Origin: Candidatus Aldehydirespiratoraceae bacterium
GTDB taxonomy: Bacteria; Actinomycetota; Acidimicrobiia; Acidimicrobiales; Aldehydirespiratoraceae
Assembly (NCBI GenBank): GCA_965261185.1
Contig: CBDHCN010000002.1
Location: 2,623,602 to 2,687,601, forward strand
Length of the DNA: 64,000 nucleotides
Direction: 5' to 3'
Part shown: positions 47,185 through 56,860 of the stretch, piece after piece
How positions within the stretch are numbered: position 1 is the stretch's first letter
Layout: each line of letters starts with the position of its first letter
Position numbers and translations under genes: made by a program
The notes under the pieces: model-generated
Told to the model about the DNA's origin: nothing
The model's database searches: none
The model's input: only the letters and a program-made list of their open reading frames with translations

Positions 47185-49677
47185 CTAGCAGTGTGGAATC
47201 GGGGCTAGGCGGGAATTGATGATCTCGTGGAGTTCGACGGCTGGGTCCTCGCCCTGCCAGTACTGCGAATCGCCGATGGCGAAGACACGGTGAGCTGGGC
47301 CGTCTTCAAAAGACCGGGCCGTACCAGCCACGATACCGTCCACCACAATTGCGAAGGGGATTGACGCGCCCGGTGGGGCGTCGATGAGCCCGAACACGTA
47401 GCCGATCGACCCGTCAGGTTCGGGAATTGTTGTTGGCCGGCTCTGGACCAAACAGTGCGCGGATTGGTTGGTCGCCCGATCCCGCGCCGGAGTACCGATC
47501 AGATCGTGCGCGCCGCCGAGTCCGTAGAGGCTTCCCGAGGTTCCGTCGCCGAACACTCCGTGCATTTCGGCAGCCAACTCTTCGGTGATCGTTGTGAAGT
47601 CCTCCGGCACCTGCACCCAAACGAGAGAACCCCCAATTCGAACAGCCCGGTCTACCGCGGGTTGAGCGCGCAACATGTCGCGTCCAGCGAGGTCCCACGG
47701 TACATCGACCCCGAGCAGCGCGGCGATCGTGGGCACGATGTCGATCAACTGCACGGGCTGGGATTGAACAGTCCCGCTGGTTTGGTGGGGTTCTTTGAAC
47801 AGCAGCGGAACGCCCGCGATACCCGCGACGTTCTGAGTGTCTCCCCTCGAGTGCTCACCAGCGACGAAGGTGATCCCGTGATCCGCCGTGACGATCACCA
47901 TGGCGCGGTCAAAATCTCCTATCTCTTCAAGGCGATCCATATATTCCCCCAGCAGATGGTCGGTCAAGCCGAGTTGCAGAAGGTGACGTTGTTGCCCGAA
48001 CCTCGCCTTGATCTCGTCGTCGTCCCATTTCGTCGTGTACCCGGGGATACCGATTACGGGATAGATCGATCCGTCCGGTCTCAGCTTCCAAGGCGTGTGC
48101 GGAAAAAATGTGTGCATGTAGTGCAGGCGGGGGAGATCCCTCGGGTGTATCGCAACAACGTCTCTTCGAAAATCGAAGAGACGTTTGTCTGCGAAGATCG
48201 GGCTGTCTGGAATTCGTTCGTCGGCAATGCGCTCCGGGTCTACCGGATCGGTGCCAACGATGGATTCCACTTCGGCGATCTGCAGCGTGGTCGTTGGTTG
48301 GCTTTGATCCAACGGCGGCGGAGCGGCCGTCGTGGGTGAAGCCTGCGTGGTGGTTGTGCTGGCCGTGGTGGTTGTGGTCAGCCCCCTTCCAAAATTGCCC
48401 CATCCGGCAACGATCGATGGAAGCCCGAGGTCCATCCCCTCTGGCGCCACGAGATGCCCGAACACGATTGCTGCGTCCTCAAACAGCAGAGCCAATGATC
48501 CCTTGTCGCTTGAATATGTCTCGTCGTTCCTCAGCGCAGGCACGGGCGCGGTACTTGAAGTCGACAGACCCGCAGTGGTTGTAGAAGAGATCGTTGGCGA
48601 AGCTGCGACTGTGGATCCGGGCGCGGCCGGTGCCGTGTTGTCGGCCGCGATCAGATCAAGGACTTGCTCCGGCGTTGAGCCGTTGCACACTGAATCGGGG
48701 CATAGATCAACGAGAGGGTCCCAGGACGAGACGTCGTACGTCCCACCCAACAGGGTGAACAGGTTATCGGGATACATCGAATAGACGGGAGCCGAATGAC
48801 TCTCAAGCGAGCTCGCAAGCATGGCCGTCACCGACACTTCAGTTGTGGAACCGTTCGTGGTGGCGTTGTTGAAGACGTGTGCGGTCTCGGCTAGGCGAGC
48901 GAAATTGGGATAGCGGACTGGGTCGATGCGACCGGTCTCGTCGAGTAGTGAATACCATGGCAACTCATCGAACAACAGTAGATAGATCGGCGGAAACCGC
49001 TCGTTCAATCGCTCGACCAGAGAAGCTTGCCCGGCGGTGCTCGGGCTGACCGCAGCATTGTCGGGGTCGTCTCGGTCAGCTCTGGTGTTGGTCGGCTGGG
49101 CCTCGTCGGATACAGCGCTATCCGGTTGGTCTTGATTATCAACAATGCCGCCGAGATCTTCCTCAAGGTCGGTCCCGAGCAGGGTTTCGAGTGTCACCGC
49201 CTCGACATGGTCCGGGAAGACGACGCTGTTGGCTGCTGAGAAGAACAGGAAATAGACGACAACGAAAGGTGGCAGCACTACCAACACCGACACGACTGAA
49301 CGAACCCGGTCATGCCTCAGATACAGCATCATCAGGCCGTACGTGGCGGCGATGGCGATCGCTGTGACGAGCCAAGCCAACCCACCGATCACATCCACCA
49401 CCTGGATGACGAACAAGAAGGTCAGCACCGCCATGGAGCCCCTGAAGATGTGTTGCCCCAGCCGATCCGAGTGAGCGTGTGCGGCGAGCATCACCACGCT
49501 GAGCACAAACGCGGGTGCTAGCGCGACCAAGATTGCGAACGCAATGATCTGGCCCGGTGAACTCGAATGCGCAGTGAAGAAGGTTGGGTTCTCGCCCAGG
49601 ATGCTCAGCAGCGGTTGGCCGATCGCCAAGGTGGCGAGCACCAGCAGATGAACGATTCGCCACAGCAGCTTCTGCAC
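47185..49677 (-). CDS. membrane-anchored sulfatase-superfamily transferase (NoeB/LtaS-like), paralog B
   Basis: collinear, highly similar to 42404-45139; same catalytic motifs. Confidence 0.82.
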   Translation of the reverse strand: MQKLLWRIVHLLVLATLAIGQPLLSILGENPTFFTAHSSSPGQIIAFAILVALAPAFVLSVVMLAAHAHSDRLGQHIFRGSMAVLTFLFVIQVVDVIGGLAWLVTAIAIAATYGLMMLYLRHDRVRSVVSVLVVLPPFVVVYFLFFSAANSVVFPDHVEAVTLETLLGTDLEEDLGGIVDNQDQPDSAVSDEAQPTNTRADRDDPDNAAVSPSTAGQASLVERLNERFPPIYLLLFDELPWYSLLDETGRIDPVRYPNFARLAETAHVFNNATTNGSTTEVSVTAMLASSLESHSAPVYSMYPDNLFTLLGGTYDVSSWDPLVDLCPDSVCNGSTPEQVLDLIAADNTAPAAPGSTVAASPTISSTTTAGLSTSSTAPVPALRNDETYSSDKGSLALLFEDAAIVFGHLVAPEGMDLGLPSIVAGWGNFGRGLTTTTTASTTTTQASPTTAAPPPLDQSQPTTTLQIAEVESIVGTDPVDPERIADERIPDSPIFADKRLFDFRRDVVAIHPRDLPRLHYMHTFFPHTPWKLRPDGSIYPVIGIPGYTTKWDDDEIKARFGQQRHLLQLGLTDHLLGEYMDRLEEIGDFDRAMVIVTADHGITFVAGEHSRGDTQNVAGIAGVPLLFKEPHQTSGTVQSQPVQLIDIVPTIAALLGVDVPWDLAGRDMLRAQPAVDRAVRIGGSLVWVQVPEDFTTITEELAAEMHGVFGDGTSGSLYGLGGAHDLIGTPARDRATNQSAHCLVQSRPTTIPEPDGSIGYVFGLIDAPPGASIPFAIVVDGIVAGTARSFEDGPAHRVFAIGDSQYWQGEDPAVELHEIINSRLAPIPHC

Positions 49678-49746
49678 ACGAGCAGGATAAGCCACACACG
49701 GCGCCGAACTGTTTGGGAGTTCGGACATTTGGTCGGTGGTTGATGC

Positions 49747-49774
49747 TTGACTCGGGTTCCGGAGACGCTATGGT
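49747..49774 (+). promoter_or_regulatory. sigma70-type promoter of hairpin copy 2
   Basis: TTGACT-16 nt-TATGGT, again 5 nt before GTGAAAGCCCC; spacer sequence differs from copy 1. Confidence 0.55.
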
Positions 49775-49779
49775 CACTG

Positions 49780-49832
49780 GTGAAAGCCCCGGAACCGTCA
49801 ATGCCTCGGCAAACGGCCGGGGTTTCGTCTTT
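49780..49832 (+). ncRNA. candidate structured small RNA, copy 2 (no adjacent abi gene)
   Basis: GTGAAAGCCCCGGAACCGTCAATGCCTCGGCAAACGGCCGGGGTTTCGTCTTT; differs from copy 1 in the loop and 3' tail. Confidence 0.55.
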
Positions 49833-49916
49833 GTTGAGTGCGAGGTTGAGTTGGCGGTGGTGCTTGCTCTGGTGTTGCTGTTAGGGTTCGGGAACCACTA
49901 CGGGGGTGACACCAAG

Positions 49917-50120
49917 ATGATAAGCGCATATCTAGACCCGGCATCTGGCAGTGCGATCATCGGCGCGGTTGCAGCGGGCGGCGCCGGCATTGCGGTGGCA
50001 GGCCGCGCAGTGCTCGCCAAGCTGGGGTTCGGTAAGAATAAGTCCTCCGACGAGACTCCGATCTACGAAGAAACAAACGACTCTGAAGGAATCGGCGAGA
50101 CCGACGAAATCACTCAGTGA
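49917..50120 (+). CDS. small membrane protein with YLDP(A/G)SGS motif
   Basis: 67 aa MISAYLDPASGSAIIGAVAAGGAGIAVAG..., one hydrophobic helix, basic patch, acidic tail; stop overlaps next start. Confidence 0.7.
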   Translation: MISAYLDPASGSAIIGAVAAGGAGIAVAGRAVLAKLGFGKNKSSDETPIYEETNDSEGIGETDEITQ

Positions 50121-51532
50121 TGATCCCGGGTAGCGGCCCGGAGTCGGTTCGTTATGACAGCGGATCGTTTCGGGATCCTGACTCGCGTGTGTGGCGTGAC
50201 GGGAGCCGCGTGCTGCGAGGTCTCAACGAGGCCGCGGCCGCCGATTTTGCCGCGTTGACCGCAACCAGTTTCTATCGAGGAGCGTGCAAGGCCGGAGATC
50301 TGGTCAGCAGCGAACCTGTTGAAGCAGCGGTTCCTGAGGGGTCTGACTGGGCCTTGGTGCTCGAGCATGGGTCCATTGACGTGATCACGTACGCCCACGA
50401 GTGGTCGTTCTCAATGCTGCAGGACGCGGCGAGCCTCACCCTCAAGTTGGTGCGAGCTGCAATCGACGAAGACATGACCAGCAAGGACGCCACGCCTTAC
50501 AACGTCCAATTCGTCGGGGCGAAGCCGACATTCATCGACATCGCCTCATTGGAGCCCTACCGGAAAGGCGAGCCTTGGTGGGGTTACCGACAGTTCTGTC
50601 AGATGTTTCTGTATCCGTTGCTGTTCACGGCCTACAAGGACCTCCCACACCAGCCATGGATGCGGGGTGCGGTTGACGGCATCACCCCGGAGCAGGCTCG
50701 ACGGGTGCTCCAGGGCCGTCGCCACGCCAGCAAAGGCCTGATCCCTCATGTGTGGTTGCACGCCAAGGCCGACAGACGTTTCAGCGGGGGATCTGCAGAC
50801 ACCGTCAACGACTTGAAACAAGCCGGATACAACAAGAAGATCTACGTTGGCTTGGTCGACCGGCTCCGCAAGTTAGTCGACAACTTGAGCTGGAATCGTT
50901 CCGATTCTGAGTGGGCCGGTTACTCGAAGCGGAGCCATTACGCATCGAACGACCTGCTCAGCAAAGCCGATTTCGTAAGCGGAGTTGTGGCGCAACGACA
51001 CCGTTCACAGGTCTGGGACATCGGCGCCAACGACGGTATGTTCAGCAAGATCGCGGTTGAACATGCAGATGTGGTGGTAGCCCTCGATGCCGATGCCTTA
51101 GTCGTTGACCGTCTGTACCGGGCATTACGCGAAGACGGCAGCGATGGGATCATCCCGCTGGTAGTCAACTTTGCGGACCCGACCCCTGGGATCGGTTGGC
51201 GCGGTACCGAACGGCCACCGCTCACCGAGCGTTCAAAACCTGAGTTGGTACTCGCCCTCGCGGTGATCCATCACCTGGCTCTCACCCACAACGTGCCGAC
51301 CGCGGCGATCCTCGACTTTTTCTTCCACCTCGACGCTGAAGTGGTTCTAGAGGTGCCCACTGAATCAGACCAGAAGGTGAAACAACTCAAGAGCCACAAG
51401 CGCGCGGGCACCCATGACGCCTACACGCTTTCGGTCATCGAAGCACAAATCACCGAGCGCTTCGATGTTCGCCAACGAGCAGAACTCCCCGGAGGAACCC
51501 GGGTGCTGTTCGATATGACCCCCAAGTCCTGA
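50117..51532 (+). CDS. NoeA-like protein: kinase-like N-domain + class I SAM methyltransferase
   Basis: 'GSFRDP', 'YAHEWSFSMLQDAA', 'KDATPYNVQF', 'FIDIAS', 'W.GYRQFC..FLYPL', SAM motif 'WDIGANDG', 'LALAVIHHL'. Confidence 0.8.
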   Translation: MMIPGSGPESVRYDSGSFRDPDSRVWRDGSRVLRGLNEAAAADFAALTATSFYRGACKAGDLVSSEPVEAAVPEGSDWALVLEHGSIDVITYAHEWSFSMLQDAASLTLKLVRAAIDEDMTSKDATPYNVQFVGAKPTFIDIASLEPYRKGEPWWGYRQFCQMFLYPLLFTAYKDLPHQPWMRGAVDGITPEQARRVLQGRRHASKGLIPHVWLHAKADRRFSGGSADTVNDLKQAGYNKKIYVGLVDRLRKLVDNLSWNRSDSEWAGYSKRSHYASNDLLSKADFVSGVVAQRHRSQVWDIGANDGMFSKIAVEHADVVVALDADALVVDRLYRALREDGSDGIIPLVVNFADPTPGIGWRGTERPPLTERSKPELVLALAVIHHLALTHNVPTAAILDFFFHLDAEVVLEVPTESDQKVKQLKSHKRAGTHDAYTLSVIEAQITERFDVRQRAELPGGTRVLFDMTPKS

Positions 51533-51643
51533 CTACCGGTCAGCGCTGGACAGTAACCGAAAGCGGTGCCGGTACGGCAACAGAGGCAAATGGAGTTCGG
51601 ACGTCTCGGTGGCCCGGCCGGTGACATGCAATATGGTTTCGTC

Positions 51644-52375
51644 ATGGATCGACCGACTTGCGTGGACTTCCACTTCGATGTCATGTGCCCGTACGCCTAC
51701 CAGACCTCACGCTGGATTCGAGCCGTACGCGAACAAACCGACCTCACGGTCAACTGGCGTTTCTTCAGCCTTGAGGAGATCAACAGAGTGGTGGGCAAGA
51801 AACACCCGTGGGAGCGCGAATGGTCCTATGGCTGGTCGATGATGCGTATCGGCGCTGCTCTGCGACGTATAGATATGGCCCATCTCGACGCCTGGTACGC
51901 AGCCGCGGGCAAAGCACTGCACGAAGACGGCAACAGACCCCACGATCCCGATGTGGCGCGGCAGCTGTTGGAACAGCTCGGATTCGATCCCGGGATTGTC
52001 GATGCCGCAATCGCGGACCCCAGCACCCATGATGAGGTCAGAACCGAACACGACAAGGTTGTCGCAGCGTCGGGCTATGGAGTGCCGACCATGTTCTTCG
52101 CGGGCGACGACGGCAGCGAGCAGACAATCTTTGGACCGGTTCTGGTGGACCCGCCCCTCGACGACGCGGCGCTGCGCCTCTGGGACACGGTCTGTGGTTG
52201 GCTTGAGTTTCCGCACCTCTACGAGATCCAGCGTCCCAAGACCAAAGACGACGAACGGGTGATCGCCAGCACTTTCCGCCCATATCTTGAGGCTCGCGAC
52301 TGGGTTTCGATCAATCGCGGCGTGGAAGTCGGTTTCAGCGAAGACGGATTCAGCGTCGTAGGACCCGCAACCTAG
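51644..52375 (+). CDS. DsbA-like / Rv2466c-like thioredoxin-fold protein
   Basis: '[17 protein letters not shown]', 'GVPT', 'FGPV'. Confidence 0.8.
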   Translation: MDRPTCVDFHFDVMCPYAYQTSRWIRAVREQTDLTVNWRFFSLEEINRVVGKKHPWEREWSYGWSMMRIGAALRRIDMAHLDAWYAAAGKALHEDGNRPHDPDVARQLLEQLGFDPGIVDAAIADPSTHDEVRTEHDKVVAASGYGVPTMFFAGDDGSEQTIFGPVLVDPPLDDAALRLWDTVCGWLEFPHLYEIQRPKTKDDERVIASTFRPYLEARDWVSINRGVEVGFSEDGFSVVGPAT

Positions 52376-52507
52376 ACCTCCGCGACCGAACCTGGATCTC
52401 TACAAACGGAGAATGCGCAAAATCCGGTACTTACCTTGCCTCGTGCGGGTATCAATCGTCTAGCCTCAGAATCGTCATTCACTATCAATCGACAGAGGAA
52501 TCATCTA

Positions 52508-53419
52508 ATGGCAACTTCGCAGCCCGCGATCCTCATGGATCTTCAGAAGTACCAGTGGTACGTACACATGAGTCGTACCGAAAACGCCGATCTCGGTCTC
52601 ATCAAGAGCGCAATACAGGACAGCCTTGCCGACGCCGCGGCACAGGGAGTCAACCTTTGTGTTCTCTTTGGTCCGACGCTGGCCGACGACCTCGGAATCG
52701 AAACCGACGATTTCCAGGGATACCCCGGCTACGAGTCACCCGACGGGTCCCGCGTCGCCAAGGGAACCCAGGAAGAGCTCCTCATGTGGCTCCATCACGC
52801 CGACAAGGATCTGATCTGGGAGGTGCAGCACACCTTCCGTAAGGCCGTAGCCGGTCACCTCGAAGTTGCCCGTGAAACCCCGACGTTCATCTACAAGAAC
52901 AGCCTTGACCTCACCGGCCACATTGACGGCACCGGCAACCCGGAGCCCGAAGACCAGCAGGACCGGGGCATTGTCGATGACGGCCAGCCAGGCGAAGGTG
53001 GCAGCTACTGCATCGCCCAGCGTTGGGTACACGACATGGACTACTGGGCCACGCTCTCGCTCGAAGAGGAAGAGAACACCTTCGGACGCACCAAGCCCGA
53101 CTCAGTCAAGCTCGACACCCAGGTGCCGACTTCGCATCTGTCTCACGTCGAACTACGCGAAGGCGCAACCGCCGATGAGTCAACCCCCAAACGGGGTGAG
53201 ATGGTTCGCCGGTCCACCCCCTATGCGTTCCACGAGGGCACCGTCGGTCTCTATTTCATGGGCTTCTGCAAGACGCAAGCACCGATGCGTGAGCGCATGG
53301 AAGCCATGTATGGCACCGGTGGCCAGGCGCTCGACGCCATCACCAGCTACTCCACTCCGGCCTCGGGTTCGTTTTACTTCGCTCCTTCTGTAGCAGCGCT
53401 CGAAGCAGCACTCGCCTAG
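52508..53419 (+). CDS. Dyp-type peroxidase
   Basis: GxxDG 'GHIDGTGNP', 'QRWVHD', 'GRTK', 'SH', 'RRSTPY', 'FAPS'. Confidence 0.88.
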   Translation: MATSQPAILMDLQKYQWYVHMSRTENADLGLIKSAIQDSLADAAAQGVNLCVLFGPTLADDLGIETDDFQGYPGYESPDGSRVAKGTQEELLMWLHHADKDLIWEVQHTFRKAVAGHLEVARETPTFIYKNSLDLTGHIDGTGNPEPEDQQDRGIVDDGQPGEGGSYCIAQRWVHDMDYWATLSLEEEENTFGRTKPDSVKLDTQVPTSHLSHVELREGATADESTPKRGEMVRRSTPYAFHEGTVGLYFMGFCKTQAPMRERMEAMYGTGGQALDAITSYSTPASGSFYFAPSVAALEAALA

Positions 53420-53439
53420 GTTCGCGGCGTAGACCGCAG

Positions 53440-53982
53440 ATGAGCGACACACCGCGCATTGCGGGACTAGAACCCACTTTCACCAACATCGACGATGGTG
53501 ATATTCCCTTCATCGCGGTGCGCAGCCAGCGCAACGCCGACGGCTCGGAGTCTCATGTCTGGGAGAAATGGGTGGCGTTCTCGGTAGAGCCTCTCTACCT
53601 GGCATTGTTCGCGCGTTGGGATCCGGGCATGATCGTGCGGCATCACGGGCACTACAGCCCGCACACTCTCACTGTCCTGTCCGGTTCGTTCACCTGCGGT
53701 GATGTTGAGCTGGGTCCGGGTGGCCATATTGAATTGCCGCTGGGAGCCTCATTCGGCCCGTTTGTTGCGGGACCCGAAGGTGTCGAGCTCTACGAAGTCA
53801 TGATGGGCGACCCTCGTTCGTGGAGCGAAGACATGGACTCCATGCGGCGCTGGTTGGCCGATAGCGGCGTCGAGCAGTTGCCAGACCCGCCAATCGAACT
53901 CCCTGCGGGTCTTGAAGATCTTCGAGCCGTCTTCTCCAAGGGCGAGCAGAGCTCCAAGGGCACGCAGAGTTCGGAGCGCTGA
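53440..53982 (+). CDS. cupin-fold protein
   Basis: 'PGMIVRHHGH', 'GPFVAGPEGVELYEV'. Confidence 0.65.
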   Translation: MSDTPRIAGLEPTFTNIDDGDIPFIAVRSQRNADGSESHVWEKWVAFSVEPLYLALFARWDPGMIVRHHGHYSPHTLTVLSGSFTCGDVELGPGGHIELPLGASFGPFVAGPEGVELYEVMMGDPRSWSEDMDSMRRWLADSGVEQLPDPPIELPAGLEDLRAVFSKGEQSSKGTQSSER

Positions 53983-53986
53983 ACCG

Positions 53987-55012
53987 ATGAGCGAACCCAA
54001 GATCGTCACCGTCTTGAGACCGGAGGACGAATACACCCACGAACCGGATCCGGTTTCGAACTACAACGAGTCGATGTATCTCAACGGCTTCGACCTAACA
54101 AGAGAATTGGGCGCGTGGTTCAGGATCGGTAACCGCGTCAACGAGGGTTACGCCGAGATGACAGTTTGCATCTATCTGCCCGACGGCAGGGTCGGCTTCC
54201 TCTACGGGCGACCTGAAATCACCAACAACGACGAGATGCGTGCCGGTGGGCTTGAGATCAAGGTCGAAAAACCGTTTGAGCATTTGACTATCAACTACGA
54301 CGGCAAGGTGTGTCTGCTCGAAGAACCCCGCCAGATGACGAACCCTCGTGTGGCGTTTCGCGACAACCCCTTCGTTGACTGTTCAGTGCGCCTCGACGTG
54401 ACCGGCGTGTCGCCCATGTACGGAGGTATGCCGCAATACGAAGACGGCAGCCCGCTCGAGACCGACTCCACCAAGAGTTTTGCCAAGGCGCACTACGAAC
54501 AGCACACCGCGGTTGTCGGAACGATCCAGGTTGGCCAAGAGACGATCGCGCTCGACGGCCTGGGTTTGCGTGACAAATCATGGGGACCCCGCTATTGGCA
54601 AGCGTTGAGGTGGTATCGCTGGTTGCCGATGATCTTCGGTCCCGACTTCGCCATGATGCTGTCCATAGTCGACCGCGACGGCACCCCTTCTCGCAGTGGC
54701 ATGGTGCTGGTAGACGGCGAATACTCGCTGATCCGAGATTGCAGGATCGAATCCGAGTGGGACTCAGACGACTACCACACGGCTATTCGGTGCTGGGCGG
54801 CAACAGACCACGAAGAATATGAGATCACCGGCCAGGTGTTGTCGATGATTCCGTTGCGCAACCGTCGCTCCACCGACGATGGAGAACAACTCCACACACG
54901 CATTACCGAAGCGATGACCCGCTACGAGTGCAACGGACGCGTCGGCATGGGGATGAGCGAGTACCTCGATCAGATCGTCGACGGTCGTCCCATCGGCACC
55001 GACATGAGATGA
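53987..55012 (+). CDS. conserved actinobacterial hypothetical protein (tocopherol-cyclase/lipocalin-like beta fold)
   Basis: 'NESMY', 'HYEQ', 'RDKSWGPR.W', C-terminal 'GMGMSEY'. Confidence 0.65.
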   Translation: MSEPKIVTVLRPEDEYTHEPDPVSNYNESMYLNGFDLTRELGAWFRIGNRVNEGYAEMTVCIYLPDGRVGFLYGRPEITNNDEMRAGGLEIKVEKPFEHLTINYDGKVCLLEEPRQMTNPRVAFRDNPFVDCSVRLDVTGVSPMYGGMPQYEDGSPLETDSTKSFAKAHYEQHTAVVGTIQVGQETIALDGLGLRDKSWGPRYWQALRWYRWLPMIFGPDFAMMLSIVDRDGTPSRSGMVLVDGEYSLIRDCRIESEWDSDDYHTAIRCWAATDHEEYEITGQVLSMIPLRNRRSTDDGEQLHTRITEAMTRYECNGRVGMGMSEYLDQIVDGRPIGTDMR

Positions 55013-55028
55013 CCGGCATGGGGCTCTG

Positions 55029-56021
55029 ATGAGCGCCGATTTGGCGAACGCACTCGCCGTCTCGCTTGCCGGTCCACTAGGTGACGTCAAGATCAACGAC
55101 CTACAGCGTTTGTCTGCAGGTGCCAGCCGCGAGACTTGGTCTTTCACTGCGGTGTCCACGAACGAATCTCAGCGGTTGATTCTGCAGCGTCACCGATCTG
55201 CGGCCTCGCGGCTCCGGACTGGACTCGACGAAGCGGCGCTGCTTCGACGAGCCCGCCGCGGTGGTGTGACTGTGCCAGAGATCGTGGCGTCAGAAACTGG
55301 TGACACCAACCCGATCGGTGCACCGTTCATGATCAGTCGACGAATCGAAGGGGAGTCGATTCCCCGCAAGATTCTGCGCGACGACACGTTTGCGAAAGCA
55401 CGCCGAGGCTTGGTCACCGATTTCGCCAGGGAGCTGGCAGCGATACATCGCCTGGAGACGACCTCGGTGGATCAAATCGCGACCATTGACGATCCGTTGG
55501 CTGTTCAACGAACGCTGTATGAGGCTTTCGAGGACCCGCACCCGGTCTTTGACCTGGCTTTTCGTTGGCTTGACGAGCGTCGACCCCAAGCCCGGCAGCC
55601 GTGCGTTGTTCATGGCGATTTCCGTATGGGTAACGTGCTGGTCGATAGTGAGGGACTCGCCGCGGTGCTGGACTGGGAACTTGCGTACCTCGGTGATCCT
55701 GCCTTCGATCTGGGATGGCTGGTAGCGCGAGCCTGGCGTTTCGGAGGTGCGGGGGAGGTCGGTGGAATCGGTTCGAGAAGCGAGTTGCTCGACGCCTATC
55801 AGGCCAACGGAGGCGAAGCCATCACGCTCGACGAACTGCGCTGGTGGGAGATGTTGGCCTGCCTTCGCTGGGGTGTGGTCACCATGGCGATGGTTGACGA
55901 TCATCGTCGGGGCCGAAAACGCTCCCTGGAACAAGCTGTGATCGGGCGGCGAGTCGTGGAAACGGAGTACGACGTGATGCTCCTGTTGAGGCCGGAACTA
56001 CTAGCGAAGGCCAACACGTGA
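55029..56021 (+). CDS. APH/ACAD10-like phosphotransferase
   Basis: 'GASRETW', 'HGDFRMGN', 'LDWE', 'GDP..DLGW'. Confidence 0.88.
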   Translation: MSADLANALAVSLAGPLGDVKINDLQRLSAGASRETWSFTAVSTNESQRLILQRHRSAASRLRTGLDEAALLRRARRGGVTVPEIVASETGDTNPIGAPFMISRRIEGESIPRKILRDDTFAKARRGLVTDFARELAAIHRLETTSVDQIATIDDPLAVQRTLYEAFEDPHPVFDLAFRWLDERRPQARQPCVVHGDFRMGNVLVDSEGLAAVLDWELAYLGDPAFDLGWLVARAWRFGGAGEVGGIGSRSELLDAYQANGGEAITLDELRWWEMLACLRWGVVTMAMVDDHRRGRKRSLEQAVIGRRVVETEYDVMLLLRPELLAKANT

Positions 56022-56398
56022 GCACAGAACTCCCTAGGGACTGGCCCCACGATCTGCCCGATGCCGAGGAACTGCTCACTAGCGTGCGCGACTATCTCAG
56101 CGACGATCTGGGTCCCCGTGCCGAAGGGCGCGATCGCTGGATGCTGCGAATCGCAGCCAATGCGCTGACCATTGCGGTACGCGAGGCGCGTTCGGCTCCC
56201 CAAGACCGCGCCGCTCACGCCGAGCGACTGCGGAGCCTTGGTGTCAGCAGCGAACAGGAACTGGCACAGGCGATCCGCAACGGCCTACTCGACGACCGCC
56301 GAGTTGAACTCGCCGAGGCATTATGGGCGACCACCCTCGACAAGCTCGCCGTTGCCAACCCCTCCTACCACGACGACTCGTTGTTCCCGTACGACTAG
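56018..56398 (+). CDS. DUF6285-like helical partner of phosphotransferase
   Basis: 'P.AEELL..VR.YL', 'RIAANAL', 'LAQAIR.G', 'KLAVANPSY'. Confidence 0.7.
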   Translation: MSTELPRDWPHDLPDAEELLTSVRDYLSDDLGPRAEGRDRWMLRIAANALTIAVREARSAPQDRAAHAERLRSLGVSSEQELAQAIRNGLLDDRRVELAEALWATTLDKLAVANPSYHDDSLFPYD

Positions 56399-56431
56399 AT
56401 CGGTGCGGTGGGCGGGTTGGGGTTGGCAGGT

Positions 56432-56720
56432 TCAGGGGACTCTGAGAACTCTGGCAGGATCACGGTTGGCGGCGATCGAGGCCACAGGGAGGGACGAAAC
56501 GAGGCTTGTCAGACCGATGATGATGGTGACCGCCATGACCAGCGACCCGTCAATGGGATGGTGCAGGCTTGAAGCGCCAACGGTGAAAGCAGTGACAGCG
56601 ATGAGTAGTCCGGCCGTGACCGACATCGCAACTTGGGTGAGGATGAGGATGGCGATGTCTGAGCGGGTCGCACCGAGAGCTCGTCGGCGTGCCATGTGCC
56701 GGGTTTGGGTCGTGTTGGCT
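56432..56720 (-). pseudogene. FtsX-like ABC permease C-terminal fragment
   Basis: 'RRRALGATRSDI...LP...AA.RDPARVLRVP' without N-terminal part. Confidence 0.55.
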
Positions 56721-56860
56721 ACAAAGGTGGTCGTTGTCGGCCAACAGAGTTCATCTTTCAGGATTCTAAGCAACTGGCATAGCCGGATGACATGGGCGTG
56801 GACTCCACCGCCCAGGTTCCGCAATTCCTGAACTGCGGCACTCGGAAAGGAGATTGCCCT

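Noticed and set aside
42509-48339. Long + strand ORFs (42509-43426, 47455-48339) as real genes
   Set aside because: Antisense shadows of the sulfatase-like paralogs, typical of high-GC DNA; no recognisable motifs
52508-53419. Encapsulin cargo DyP
   Set aside because: No C-terminal GSL-type targeting peptide and no encapsulin gene nearby
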